DNA of 59,835 nucleotides from an uncultured Vicinamibacteraceae bacterium (GTDB lineage: Bacteria; Acidobacteriota; Vicinamibacteria; Vicinamibacterales; UBA8438), in the NCBI GenBank assembly GCA_964591245.1, contig CAZPZZ010000001.1, positions 1 through 59,835 of the forward strand. Reading direction: 5' to 3'. A program made the position numbers and the translations under genes. Positions 1-8,961 of this stretch are shown piece after piece; position 1 is the stretch's first letter; each line of letters opens with the position of its first letter. The notes beneath the pieces are model-generated. The model had not been told where the DNA came from and ran no database searches. It saw only the letters and a program-made list of their open reading frames with translations.

Positions 1-363
1 GGCGCCTTCGATAGCATCGCGGAAGTCCGCCAGGCTCTCAATGGACGAGGACCACACGTCGGGGCCTGTCTGGACATCGGCAACGCCCTGCGAAGAGCGG
101 AGAACCCCGCAACGGCCGTGCGCACCCTGGGCTCCCGGTTGATCGGGATCCACCTGAAGGACGTATCAGCCCGTACCGCCGACAGTGACGTGATCGTTCT
201 CGGCGCGGGCTTTCTCGATGTGCACACATTCTTCGATGCGGTGCGAGAGGTGGGCTTCCCGGACGACGGAGCCTTGTCCCTTGAGTATCTGGCCCGTCCG
301 AATGACCCATTGCCTGGACTCAGGGAAGGGCTGCGGATCGCCCAGGAGGCCATTCGCAGCTAG
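1..363 (+). CDS. Sugar phosphate isomerase/epimerase (xylose isomerase-like TIM barrel), 5'-truncated by the window edge
   Basis: Frame 1 is open from base 1 (GAFDSIAEVRQ...). It contains CLDIGN, IHLKD and LSLEY, which match the D-x-G-N/H, H-x-K-D and S-x-E metal motifs of AP-endonuclease-2-type TIM barrels. Confidence 0.7.
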   Translation, partial: GAFDSIAEVRQALNGRGPHVGACLDIGNALRRAENPATAVRTLGSRLIGIHLKDVSARTADSDVIVLGAGFLDVHTFFDAVREVGFPDDGALSLEYLARPNDPLPGLREGLRIAQEAIRS

Positions 364-435
364 ACGGAAGACGGCGATCCGGAGGCAATAATGTTGTTCC
401 CTGGACCACAGCGTATGTTCAGACCTTCGTAGACG

Positions 436-1800
436 CTACCGGGTCCAGAGACGCGTCTGCGTGTGAAACTGACTCCAGGCAAACCAGAACGCTTGATGTG
501 CCGGCGTTTCCACACCGTCGACGAACGCGCGAAGACCTCCCGCATCCGATTCCAGAGTCACGCCTGCCAATGTAACGTCTTCGCCAGCCTCGATCGCGAG
601 ACGTGCTGACCCCACCGGAAACGCGACGGGAAGCCCCCCGGAGCCCGCCACCCCTAATACGATGTCGTGCACAGCCAACCTCGGGTCCACATCGCCCACC
701 GGAAAAATGGGCCCCGCATCGTCCCGTCCCCGGAGAGGATTTCTGGAGTAACGCCGACCGATGCCCCCATCCTCGGCCACGATCGTCGTTTCAGGATGGG
801 CCGCACGCCAGGCTCCCCAGGGCGACGTCACAACCGTCGTTTGTTCGAGTGTGACGCCGGCATCGAGGAGCGGTCCAGACAGCGCTTCTCCAGTAAACGT
901 GTCGAGAGCGGAGAATGTGGTGACGTCGTACATGAATTTGTTGGAGCGTGAGAGGAGACCAGACGTCCGAATCACGGGTTGAACATCCCCAAGTTGATCC
1001 GTGAAATACGCCTGCGCAGATAAGCACAACGTGCAATATGGAATCGCAAGACGGCGCCCACCCAGCGTATCGTTGATCATCTCGTGCACTTCCATAATGT
1101 GCTTCGGGTAAGCCCTCGCCTCATCGGCAACGACAACCCCAAACACCAACGCATCATCCGGGTACCACCTCCCCCCCGCGGCATCGGTAACCAACGGCTC
1201 ATCGAGCGCGGGTATGCACCCTCTCGAACAGGGCTCACCGCCCGTAGCAATCAGGCGGTCGTCAATGAAAACACCCCCCCACCCGACCCAGCGCCAGTCA
1301 ATGGCCGAGTCTTCGTCGTCGAAAAATGGCGCCCAGGCAGGTTCGATTAAGAGAAAAACGTCACGTTTGAGGAGACGATAACCCGGTGGCGCGGGCAGGT
1401 TCCAGGCCAGGAGGCGGTCGCCCATCGTGACAAAGGGTTCCTCTGGCAACTCGGCGCCACTCAGGACCTCAAACGCGTCGACCAGAACAGGCGACGACTC
1501 TCGCGTGGTCAGCCGGATCAGATCATAGAGGTACCAGAGCAGCCGGCCATCGCCCGACTCCCCGATACGTTCCATGGCCTCAACGGGAAACCGACGTTGC
1601 CGCAACGAGGGCACTACCGTGGCCAGTGCGTCTTGAACACTCGAGGCCAAGGCCCCGGTCCCGGACTCCGGGACCGGAGGAAACGCCTCTCCATCCTTGT
1701 CCAGAAGCGTCTGGGCTTCCCCACTACACACGATACACGCGACCATCACTGCCGCCGCGACCACGCGGCACCACACAACACCAATTCCTCGGCCGTCCAT
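436..1800 (-). CDS. DUF3179-family exported protein with CxxC motif
   Basis: Motifs CIPALDEP, ARAYPKHIMEVHEMIND, YCTLC, SGLLSRSN and AFWFAWSQFH; N-terminal signal peptide. Start moved to ATG 1800, which is preceded by GAGGAGA. Confidence 0.7.
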   Translation of the reverse strand: MDGRGIGVVWCRVVAAAVMVACIVCSGEAQTLLDKDGEAFPPVPESGTGALASSVQDALATVVPSLRQRRFPVEAMERIGESGDGRLLWYLYDLIRLTTRESSPVLVDAFEVLSGAELPEEPFVTMGDRLLAWNLPAPPGYRLLKRDVFLLIEPAWAPFFDDEDSAIDWRWVGWGGVFIDDRLIATGGEPCSRGCIPALDEPLVTDAAGGRWYPDDALVFGVVVADEARAYPKHIMEVHEMINDTLGGRRLAIPYCTLCLSAQAYFTDQLGDVQPVIRTSGLLSRSNKFMYDVTTFSALDTFTGEALSGPLLDAGVTLEQTTVVTSPWGAWRAAHPETTIVAEDGGIGRRYSRNPLRGRDDAGPIFPVGDVDPRLAVHDIVLGVAGSGGLPVAFPVGSARLAIEAGEDVTLAGVTLESDAGGLRAFVDGVETPAHQAFWFAWSQFHTQTRLWTR

Positions 1801-1937
1801 GATGTCTCCTCGCGTCAAGGCTTCCGCATCCGAACCAGGTCACCCCTCCCTGCCCTACACACCGACCCCGGTCGCCTGGCCATCCGACACACGACAATTC
1901 CGGAGAACGCCGCCGTCCAGGATAGACTGCACAGCCT

Positions 1938-3407
1938 ATGCAACGCGTACATCAGATCGACGCTCCGCCACGCGCTCCCCGACGACCAAAAAGGTCTCGA
2001 TTCACAAATGCCCTGATGGTCGCACTGGTCTTTCGCGCATCGATGCTCCCGCTGGCGGCGGCCGACGACTGGCCCATGTGGGGCGGCTCCCTCTCACGCA
2101 ACATGGTCTCCAATGAAACCAGCCTACCAGAGGCATGGAACGTCACCTCGGGGGTCAACGTCAAGTGGGCCGCCGCGTTGGGTTCAACCAGCTACGGGAA
2201 CCCGGTCGTCTCAGGCGGCAAAGTCTTTGTCGGTACCAACAATGACCATCCTCGCTCACCAGACGCCGAGGGAGACAAGGGCATTGTCATGGCATTCAGG
2301 GAAGCGGACGGCACCTTCCTCTGGCAAATGGTGCACGAGAAACTTCCGACCGGTGAAGCGAATGATTGGCCCTATCAAGGTGTCTGCTCCTCGCCAAGCG
2401 TCGTAGACGAACGCCTCTACTACGTCAGCAATCGCGGCGAGGTCGTAGCGCTCGACACCGAAGGATTTCTCGACGGTGAGAACGACGGCCCGTTCGTGGA
2501 AGAACCCCGGAACGGGGCCTTGGACGGCGACGTTGTCTGGGCCTTCGACATGATCACCGAACTCAGTGTTTTTCCGCACAACATGTCGAGCAGTGCTCCA
2601 GCTGTCTTTGGTGAGCTCGTCATCGTAAACACCTCGAACGGGCGCGACGAGCAAGATGTCCTGCCATCGCCCCAGGCACCGGATCTGATCGCGCTAAACC
2701 GACACACCGGCGCACTGGTCTGGCAGGCCGCCCCCGTGGGCGAGTGGATACTCCACGGGCAATGGTCATCCCCCGCGATTGCCGAAATCGACGGACACGT
2801 GCAGGTCGTGATCGGTCAAGGCGATGGCTGGGTACGAGGCTTCGACGTGACCGATGGTTCAACGCTCTGGGAATTCGACACAAATCCCCTGGATTCCGAA
2901 TGGCCCTCGACGCGAAACAACGTGATTGCCACGCCGGTCATCTGGGGGAACACCGTTTTCATCGCCAATGGTCAGGATCCAGAAAATGGCAACGGCCCTG
3001 GCCGCCTTCAGGCTATCGACGCAACCCAACGTGGCGACATTAGCGATTCGGGCCTAGTCTGGCGTATCGAGAGCATCCGGAGGTCGGTCTCAACCATTGC
3101 GATTCACGACGACCTGCTCTACGTTGCCGATTTCAGCGGTTTTCTGCGCTGCCTTGATGTAGACAGTGGCGAGGAACGGTGGGTTTATGACACGTTTGCC
3201 GCCACCTGGGGATCCCCACTCGTTGCGGACGGCAAAGTCTATCTCGGCGATGAAGATGGAGACCTCGCCATCCTCCGAGCCGGACCGGAGCTCATCCCGC
3301 TCGCCGAACCAAATCACGGCAGTCCGGTCTACGGGACGCCCATCGCTGCGAACGGAGTCTTGTTCGTTGCCAGCCAGGACACACTCTTTGCCCTGGCCGC
3401 GCCATAA
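1938..3407 (+). CDS. PQQ-binding-like beta-propeller repeat protein (BamB-like, DWPxWxG type), exported
   Basis: DDWPMWGG after a signal-like segment; repeated W-x(n)-S-S-P and G-x-x-x-W blades; C-terminal GSPLVADGKVY and GTPIAANGVLFV. Start uncertain and may be further downstream. Confidence 0.8.
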   Translation: MQRVHQIDAPPRAPRRPKRSRFTNALMVALVFRASMLPLAAADDWPMWGGSLSRNMVSNETSLPEAWNVTSGVNVKWAAALGSTSYGNPVVSGGKVFVGTNNDHPRSPDAEGDKGIVMAFREADGTFLWQMVHEKLPTGEANDWPYQGVCSSPSVVDERLYYVSNRGEVVALDTEGFLDGENDGPFVEEPRNGALDGDVVWAFDMITELSVFPHNMSSSAPAVFGELVIVNTSNGRDEQDVLPSPQAPDLIALNRHTGALVWQAAPVGEWILHGQWSSPAIAEIDGHVQVVIGQGDGWVRGFDVTDGSTLWEFDTNPLDSEWPSTRNNVIATPVIWGNTVFIANGQDPENGNGPGRLQAIDATQRGDISDSGLVWRIESIRRSVSTIAIHDDLLYVADFSGFLRCLDVDSGEERWVYDTFAATWGSPLVADGKVYLGDEDGDLAILRAGPELIPLAEPNHGSPVYGTPIAANGVLFVASQDTLFALAAP

Positions 3408-3452
3408 CGGCAACTGCGTGCGCATCCGGCCACAGACACCCGCCCCCCATTC

Positions 3453-4874
3453 CTATCGGCCGTCTCCCGGCCCGATCGCATAGAGGGTGCTGCCAGCTCG
3501 GATATATAGATATCCCCCTGCGACCGAGGGCGTACTCAACGTGTACCCCGGCAAGGCGTTTGTGGCAAGCACCTCGAATTCCCGCCCGGCCCGATACACC
3601 GTCGTCACCCCGTCTTCACTTGAGGCGTAGATTTTACCGTCGGCCAGGATCGGCGAAGCGCTGTAGGTACCGGGTTCAAGGCGCTGGTCACTGTACACCG
3701 GCTCACCGGTCGCCATGTCCACGGCGTGCGCGACCCCGTTGTCCTGAACAACATAGAGTAGCTCACCGTCTGACACAGGCGTCGGTACATCTGGCCCATC
3801 GTCAAACGACCACAGTCGGTGCGACGTCGTCACATCCCCTCGCCCTCCAGCCTGCAAGGCGAGCATCGGACGCACTCGTGTGGGTGCCACAATGATGTCC
3901 CCCACCACAAGCGGCGAGGCAATGAGGCGGTACGCCCCATTATTCCTGGGGTTCAGGCCGTCGGCGCGCCACAGTTCCGTGCCCGTCTCCAGATCATGAC
4001 CGGTGACGACATCGCCACCGGTGATGACAATCTCAGTCAATCCGTCGTACTGCAGCAGCGCAGGGGTCGTATACGAATCTGGCGATTCACGCTGGGCGTC
4101 GGTCGGACGCTCGACCATCCATACCGTCTCCCCGGTCATCTTGTCGATGCGTAGCACATACGACGGGTCATCGGTCCGCATGCCGTGGAGAACTTGCACA
4201 TACAACGCATCGTCGTGGAGCAGAGGCGAGGACGCAAACCCCCAGTTGAGCCCGAAACTCCAATAGTCATCTGAGATGTTCCGCGCCCACACCTCATTGC
4301 CGTCGAAATCAAATGCTCGCAACCAGCCAGTTCCGGTCATGACCCACACGTGCTCACCGTCCGTAACGGGCGACGGCGAAGACATATTCTGCTTCCGGAG
4401 CTGTCTGTCGTTGTCGCTGAGGAAGCGTTTCCAGATCACGGAACCCGTATGGCGATCAACCCGCCACAATTCAACGGACAAATTCTCCGTACTCGTGGAG
4501 GAAGCGCCAGCCCCACCGGTCCGCGGAGCGCCCCCACCTCCCTGGCGGCTGCGACGGCCGAATCTCCGGCCTCGTGCGCTCCGATCCAAATACGAGACAC
4601 TGAGAAAAATCGTGTCCTCCCACACGATCGGGGTCGCGCCTGTCCACGACCCCTCGGAGACCTCAAGCGTCCAGGCGACGTTCTCGGTATCGCTCCATGT
4701 GGTCGGCAGCCCGGTCTCATCTGACGTCCCATCCAGATTGGGCCCGCGCCACTGCGGCCAGCCATCTTCTTCCGCGAGCGCGACTGGGCTTGTGCTCCAC
4801 GCACCATGAAACATCGCAAGCGTTACCCCCACAACCGCCATTCTCGACATCGCTGTTCTGTACATGATCATCAC
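3453..4874 (-). CDS. PQQ-binding-like beta-propeller repeat protein, exported
   Basis: Signal peptide then GWPQWRGPNLDG; blades SSPSPVTDG, ASSPLL, SYTTP and ASPILADGKIY. Start may be a downstream ATG. Confidence 0.8.
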   Translation of the reverse strand: MMIMYRTAMSRMAVVGVTLAMFHGAWSTSPVALAEEDGWPQWRGPNLDGTSDETGLPTTWSDTENVAWTLEVSEGSWTGATPIVWEDTIFLSVSYLDRSARGRRFGRRSRQGGGGAPRTGGAGASSTSTENLSVELWRVDRHTGSVIWKRFLSDNDRQLRKQNMSSPSPVTDGEHVWVMTGTGWLRAFDFDGNEVWARNISDDYWSFGLNWGFASSPLLHDDALYVQVLHGMRTDDPSYVLRIDKMTGETVWMVERPTDAQRESPDSYTTPALLQYDGLTEIVITGGDVVTGHDLETGTELWRADGLNPRNNGAYRLIASPLVVGDIIVAPTRVRPMLALQAGGRGDVTTSHRLWSFDDGPDVPTPVSDGELLYVVQDNGVAHAVDMATGEPVYSDQRLEPGTYSASPILADGKIYASSEDGVTTVYRAGREFEVLATNALPGYTLSTPSVAGGYLYIRAGSTLYAIGPGDGR

Positions 4875-4997
4875 CGATGGTCCGCCGCACGATCTCCGAC
4901 GCGCATCAACGTGCGTGTCGGGGTAACTCCATCAACTGAACTCGTCCCGGCGGCCGCACGGGAACGGGACGTAACCACCTCTCCTCATGGCGACAGA

Positions 4998-6266
4998 CTA
5001 GCGCAGGTCTCGAAAGAACGCCCGCACATCATCAACGTAAAGTTCCGGTTCTTCACTGGCGGCAAAGTGCCCACCCCGCGGCATCATGGTGAATCGGGTC
5101 AGGTTATAGCGGGCCTCTAGCCACCGGCGCGGAGTGAAGCGAAACTCACCAGGAAATGCCGCACAGGCGGTGGGCACCTCAACTCGACGACGACTTGGCG
5201 GCGTCGTGCTGTGGCGACCCTCATAGTAGTACCGGGCCGCCGAGGTGGCAGTCTCGGTCACCCAATAGAGAGTCAAGGTGGTAAGCAGTTCATCTTTGGT
5301 GAACTTTGTCTCCGGATTCCCGGCACAATCACACCAGCTCTGATACTTCTCGACAATCCACGCGGCCAGCCCAAGCGGAGAGTCATTGAGACTGTAGCCC
5401 AGCGTCTGCGGCTTGGTCCCATGCATGTGACTGTAGCCCCGCTCCTCGTCAGTCCAAAAAGCAGCCCGCTCCTCCATCAAGGCGATTTCGGCAGGGGGCA
5501 CCCCCTCAGTGGGGTTATCGGGATCCGGCGGATCCGCACTGCACAGGTTCAGATGCAGGCCCGCCACATGCGACGCGTCGTCCACGGCCAGCTGTCGACT
5601 GATACCCGCACCCAGATCACCGCCCTGTGCACCGTATCGGTCATACCCTAGCCGCGCCATCAGTTTGGCAAAGATTCCCGCCGTCCGTTCCCGTCCATAG
5701 CCTAGACGCCGCGGCCGTTCCGAGAATCCGTACCCAGGAATCGAGGGGATCACGAGATGGAAGGCATCTTCCGCCCGTCCGCCATGGGCGACCGGATCGG
5801 TCAACGGACCAATAACCTTGCTGAACTCCGCGAACGAACCCGGCCAACCATGGGTCAGGATGAGCGGAAACGCATCCGCCTCTGGAGACCGCTGATGGAT
5901 GAAATGAATGTCTAGACCATCAATCTCCGTCGTGAAGTGGTCAAACGCATTGAGCCGCCGTTCCTGTGCACGCCAGTCGAACTCATCTCGCCAGTACTCG
6001 ATGAGGGGAGTGAGATAGGCCTGGTTCATACCAAGATCCCACCCGACATCCTCGGGTTCATCAGGCATCCTCGCCCTGGCGAGCCGCTCCCGCAGATCCG
6101 TCAAGATGTCTTGGGATATATCGATCTCGAACGGTCGAATGGAAATCTGCGAGGCGGGCTGACGTTCGATCTCAGCCAACCCACGTGGTCCGTCGCCACA
6201 AAGGAGCAACCCACCAACGATCCCCACGGCCGCACAATTCCGGAACCGACTAGTCATAGTAATCAC
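4998..6266 (-). CDS. Epoxide hydrolase (microsomal-EH-like alpha/beta hydrolase with EHN N-terminus)
   Basis: IRPFEI..LTDLRERL, FDWRAQE, HGWPGS, QGGDLG (nucleophile Asp), FPGE (acid) and GGHFA (His). Hydrophobic signal-like N-terminus; alternative ATG at 6257. Confidence 0.9.
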   Translation of the reverse strand: MITMTSRFRNCAAVGIVGGLLLCGDGPRGLAEIERQPASQISIRPFEIDISQDILTDLRERLARARMPDEPEDVGWDLGMNQAYLTPLIEYWRDEFDWRAQERRLNAFDHFTTEIDGLDIHFIHQRSPEADAFPLILTHGWPGSFAEFSKVIGPLTDPVAHGGRAEDAFHLVIPSIPGYGFSERPRRLGYGRERTAGIFAKLMARLGYDRYGAQGGDLGAGISRQLAVDDASHVAGLHLNLCSADPPDPDNPTEGVPPAEIALMEERAAFWTDEERGYSHMHGTKPQTLGYSLNDSPLGLAAWIVEKYQSWCDCAGNPETKFTKDELLTTLTLYWVTETATSAARYYYEGRHSTTPPSRRRVEVPTACAAFPGEFRFTPRRWLEARYNLTRFTMMPRGGHFAASEEPELYVDDVRAFFRDLR

Positions 6267-6277
6267 AGGCTCGTGGC

Positions 6278-7435
6278 CTATTCCGCCACCGCAAAGTCAG
6301 CTGCCCACTCATGCAAGCCCCAGTGCACCACCAATCGCCCTTCGTTTGCACTGTTCGCCACAACCGTCGCACCCAAGGGCCGGAAAGCCCCCCCCATTCG
6401 AGAATAATCTACGGGAATCTCTGCAGCGTCGTACTCTGCGTCGTACTGCGTGCCCCACGAATCAGCTTCATCGCTGAACACAAAGCGCCACTCATCTCCC
6501 ACACGCTTCAGCCACAGCGCATAGGCCCCGGCAAACCCCGGCGCCAAATTTCCAGTCGGCACCACCGTCTCGCCGAAACGGAGCGAGACGTCCGTCTTGA
6601 AACGTAATGGCGCGGCGCGCACCAACGCGATCACCTCTCCGTCCATCACCGTCGAGAGTCGAAGATAGTCTTCATCTTCAACGTCGACCCCCTTCCAGAA
6701 GGCAATCGCTATGCGATCGTCACCCGCCCGGAGGAGTGCGCTTTCGTTCCGTTCCCCGAGCAGAAATCCACGGGCAACCTGATGGGCACGCTCGACCTCT
6801 GCCGGGTCGGTATCACCCAAACGCGCACTGCCCCGCCCAGACACACGCGGACGACGCGGCGGTGGTGGTAGTTCATCAAAGCGGAACTCACTGCTCCAAC
6901 GATGCCGCCCCCACCGGAGGGCCAGCCGACCTGTTTCGGCCGCCGTCGCCCGAAGACCAACAGACAAGGCAGCCACCGACCGGTCGGCCATCTCGTGACG
7001 CAAAGGAATGCGGCGCACGTCGCCTCCCTGGTTCCCTCCGCTCGCCTCTAGCTCCCATCCCGTGGCTGCACGGACAAGCGCCAACTCGTAGCTGGGCTCA
7101 CCGGAAGACTCATCGTCCTCCCCATCATCAGCGACGTCGGCTTCCGGGGTCTCCTCTGAGACCGGAGGTGGTTCGAGATCCGGCACGATCTCCCCCAGGC
7201 GCAACGCACGATGCCCCTCCAAGACCCCCACAGACACCCGTGCGCCGGTCACACCCGCCAGTACCCGCCGAGCGTCCGTTCCCCCGTCCGCAGTCAGGCC
7301 AGTCTGATACGAGATACGTATGAGCTGATTTTCGAGTGTTAACTCCGCGCCAAGCGACGCAGAGGTACCAGCCGACTGTCCAACCGCAGACACCGCACCG
7401 GCAAAGAGTACGCAAATAACAAATAGTTTTTTCAT
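6278..7435 (-). CDS. Exported protein with two DUF2911-like domains
   Basis: Signal peptide; C-terminal FKTDVSLRFG..VP.G..YALW..W.FVF....WGTQYD resembles DUF2911; the N-terminal half aligns with the C-terminal half. Confidence 0.55.
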   Translation of the reverse strand: MKKLFVICVLFAGAVSAVGQSAGTSASLGAELTLENQLIRISYQTGLTADGGTDARRVLAGVTGARVSVGVLEGHRALRLGEIVPDLEPPPVSEETPEADVADDGEDDESSGEPSYELALVRAATGWELEASGGNQGGDVRRIPLRHEMADRSVAALSVGLRATAAETGRLALRWGRHRWSSEFRFDELPPPPRRPRVSGRGSARLGDTDPAEVERAHQVARGFLLGERNESALLRAGDDRIAIAFWKGVDVEDEDYLRLSTVMDGEVIALVRAAPLRFKTDVSLRFGETVVPTGNLAPGFAGAYALWLKRVGDEWRFVFSDEADSWGTQYDAEYDAAEIPVDYSRMGGAFRPLGATVVANSANEGRLVVHWGLHEWAADFAVAE

Positions 7436-7440
7436 GGCTA

Positions 7441-7475
7441 AACAAAACAGGGGCGGGGTCAGTCGAGCCCGCCCC
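7441..7475 (-). terminator. Rho-independent terminator-like hairpin
   Basis: GGGGCGGG (7450-7457) / CCCGCCCC (7468-7475) 8-bp stem, followed on the minus strand by TGTTTTGTT; lies downstream of the 7510-8829 gene. Confidence 0.65.
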
Positions 7476-7509
7476 TTAATAGCGCCCGAACTTACGCAGG
7501 TCGCGTCAG

Positions 7510-8829
7510 TCAGTCGTTGTCGTCCGTCGTCTCCATCGCTGCGGCATCATCAATCTCGGCATAGCCAATGAAACCTAGCGACATCTCATCCTCTGTTCGT
7601 GCACCGTAACCGACGAACCGGTTCGGGTTGAAGCCCTTGCGTGCACCACGCTCCTCGGTATTGTCATACCAGAAGTCCACGTCGATCCGGGTTCCCTTCG
7701 GCAAGAGCTTCGGCTCCTTGTACTTATACGTCACCTGCCAGCCCTGGTCGTAATTGGGAACGTCCAACAACAGTTCCTCACTCCCATCGGGGTAAATCGC
7801 CGTATAACGGGCAGCATACGCCCGGAGATGCGCATGTGGCCAGTAGGTGAGCACGAGCGTGTCCTTCTCAAGCACTCGCGATGAACCGATCCGATAGTTG
7901 GCGTGTTGAGGCGGAATCTCGAAGCCCCGGTTGTACAGGGAATCGTTGACAACTTTATGTTTTACGGGATTCCGCTCGACGAAAAAGCCGATTTCTGGCT
8001 GACTGGTAAAGTTCGAACCGGCCACAGCCTCTTTGTTGAAGTGCATGTTGAAGGACACCGCAGAGCCCTTCTCAAGCAGCACGCCGAAACCTTCAGGGAG
8101 CATCGCGGCTTCGCCACCCTCAGCTACGCAGCTCAACAATCGCGAGTTCGGGCTATCCGCACCTTCATCCTCGACTGCAGTCCCACTCAGTTCGGCAGCC
8201 GCCTCTGGTGAGAGCACCGATGAACACATGTGGTGGGTCCAGCCGTTGTCGCCAACTCTGAATTCCCAGCCCTTGACCCAGGTGTCATCGGGGAGCACGT
8301 CTTCGCCCAACTGCTCGTAGAAGGTGATGTTCAAGTCATTGATGTCGTCTTCAATCAGATAGGCCTCTGACAACTTGACGACGAAGTCCGGTGTGCCGAG
8401 TTGCCAACCGTCGTTGGCCTCGTTCGCGAAATGCTTCGGGGCAGGCATGTCGGCATGGTTGCCCGCGGGGGCGCCAGCCTCCACCCACTGCACGATCTTG
8501 TCGATCTCGGTGTCGGTCAGACCACGCTCATTCGAGAACACGCCTTTCGGGGCCGATGCGAACCAGGGAGGCATCTCTCGGGACTCGACCTTACGGGCAA
8601 TTGCACGTGCCCAGGGCCGGGTCTCCTGGTATGAGGTGAACGACATCGGCGCAATCAACCCGCTGATGTTCTCTCCGGACGGCCGGTGACAGCTCTGGCA
8701 GTTCTCCTGCATGATCGGAAGAACATCTTTGTAATACGTCAGTCCAGCTTCGTTCTCGGCAGAGGCCGGGGCGGCCATGACTGCCGCAGCAAGTACGAGA
8801 GCGCCAACGAGCGTGCGATGGAGCGTCAT
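7510..8829 (-). CDS. Exported cytochrome c / copper type II (PHM/DBH-like) monooxygenase-domain protein
   Basis: Signal peptide, CQSCH heme-c motif and MPPW, then WTHHM, NMHF, PHAHL and TEDEM, matching the PHM CuH (H,H,H) and CuM (H,H,M) ligands. Start ATG 8829 after AAGGAG. Confidence 0.7.
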   Translation of the reverse strand: MTLHRTLVGALVLAAAVMAAPASAENEAGLTYYKDVLPIMQENCQSCHRPSGENISGLIAPMSFTSYQETRPWARAIARKVESREMPPWFASAPKGVFSNERGLTDTEIDKIVQWVEAGAPAGNHADMPAPKHFANEANDGWQLGTPDFVVKLSEAYLIEDDINDLNITFYEQLGEDVLPDDTWVKGWEFRVGDNGWTHHMCSSVLSPEAAAELSGTAVEDEGADSPNSRLLSCVAEGGEAAMLPEGFGVLLEKGSAVSFNMHFNKEAVAGSNFTSQPEIGFFVERNPVKHKVVNDSLYNRGFEIPPQHANYRIGSSRVLEKDTLVLTYWPHAHLRAYAARYTAIYPDGSEELLLDVPNYDQGWQVTYKYKEPKLLPKGTRIDVDFWYDNTEERGARKGFNPNRFVGYGARTEDEMSLGFIGYAEIDDAAAMETTDDND

Positions 8830-8961
8830 CAAGATCTCCTTAAATATGGACCCGTCCAAATATCGATATCCACACAGCGCATGAGTGCAGTAATTAAGTA
8901 CCACACTCGATAAGGCAGCCGCAAGACCCCAGCGCCGAATACGAAGATTCGAGAAGCACCG

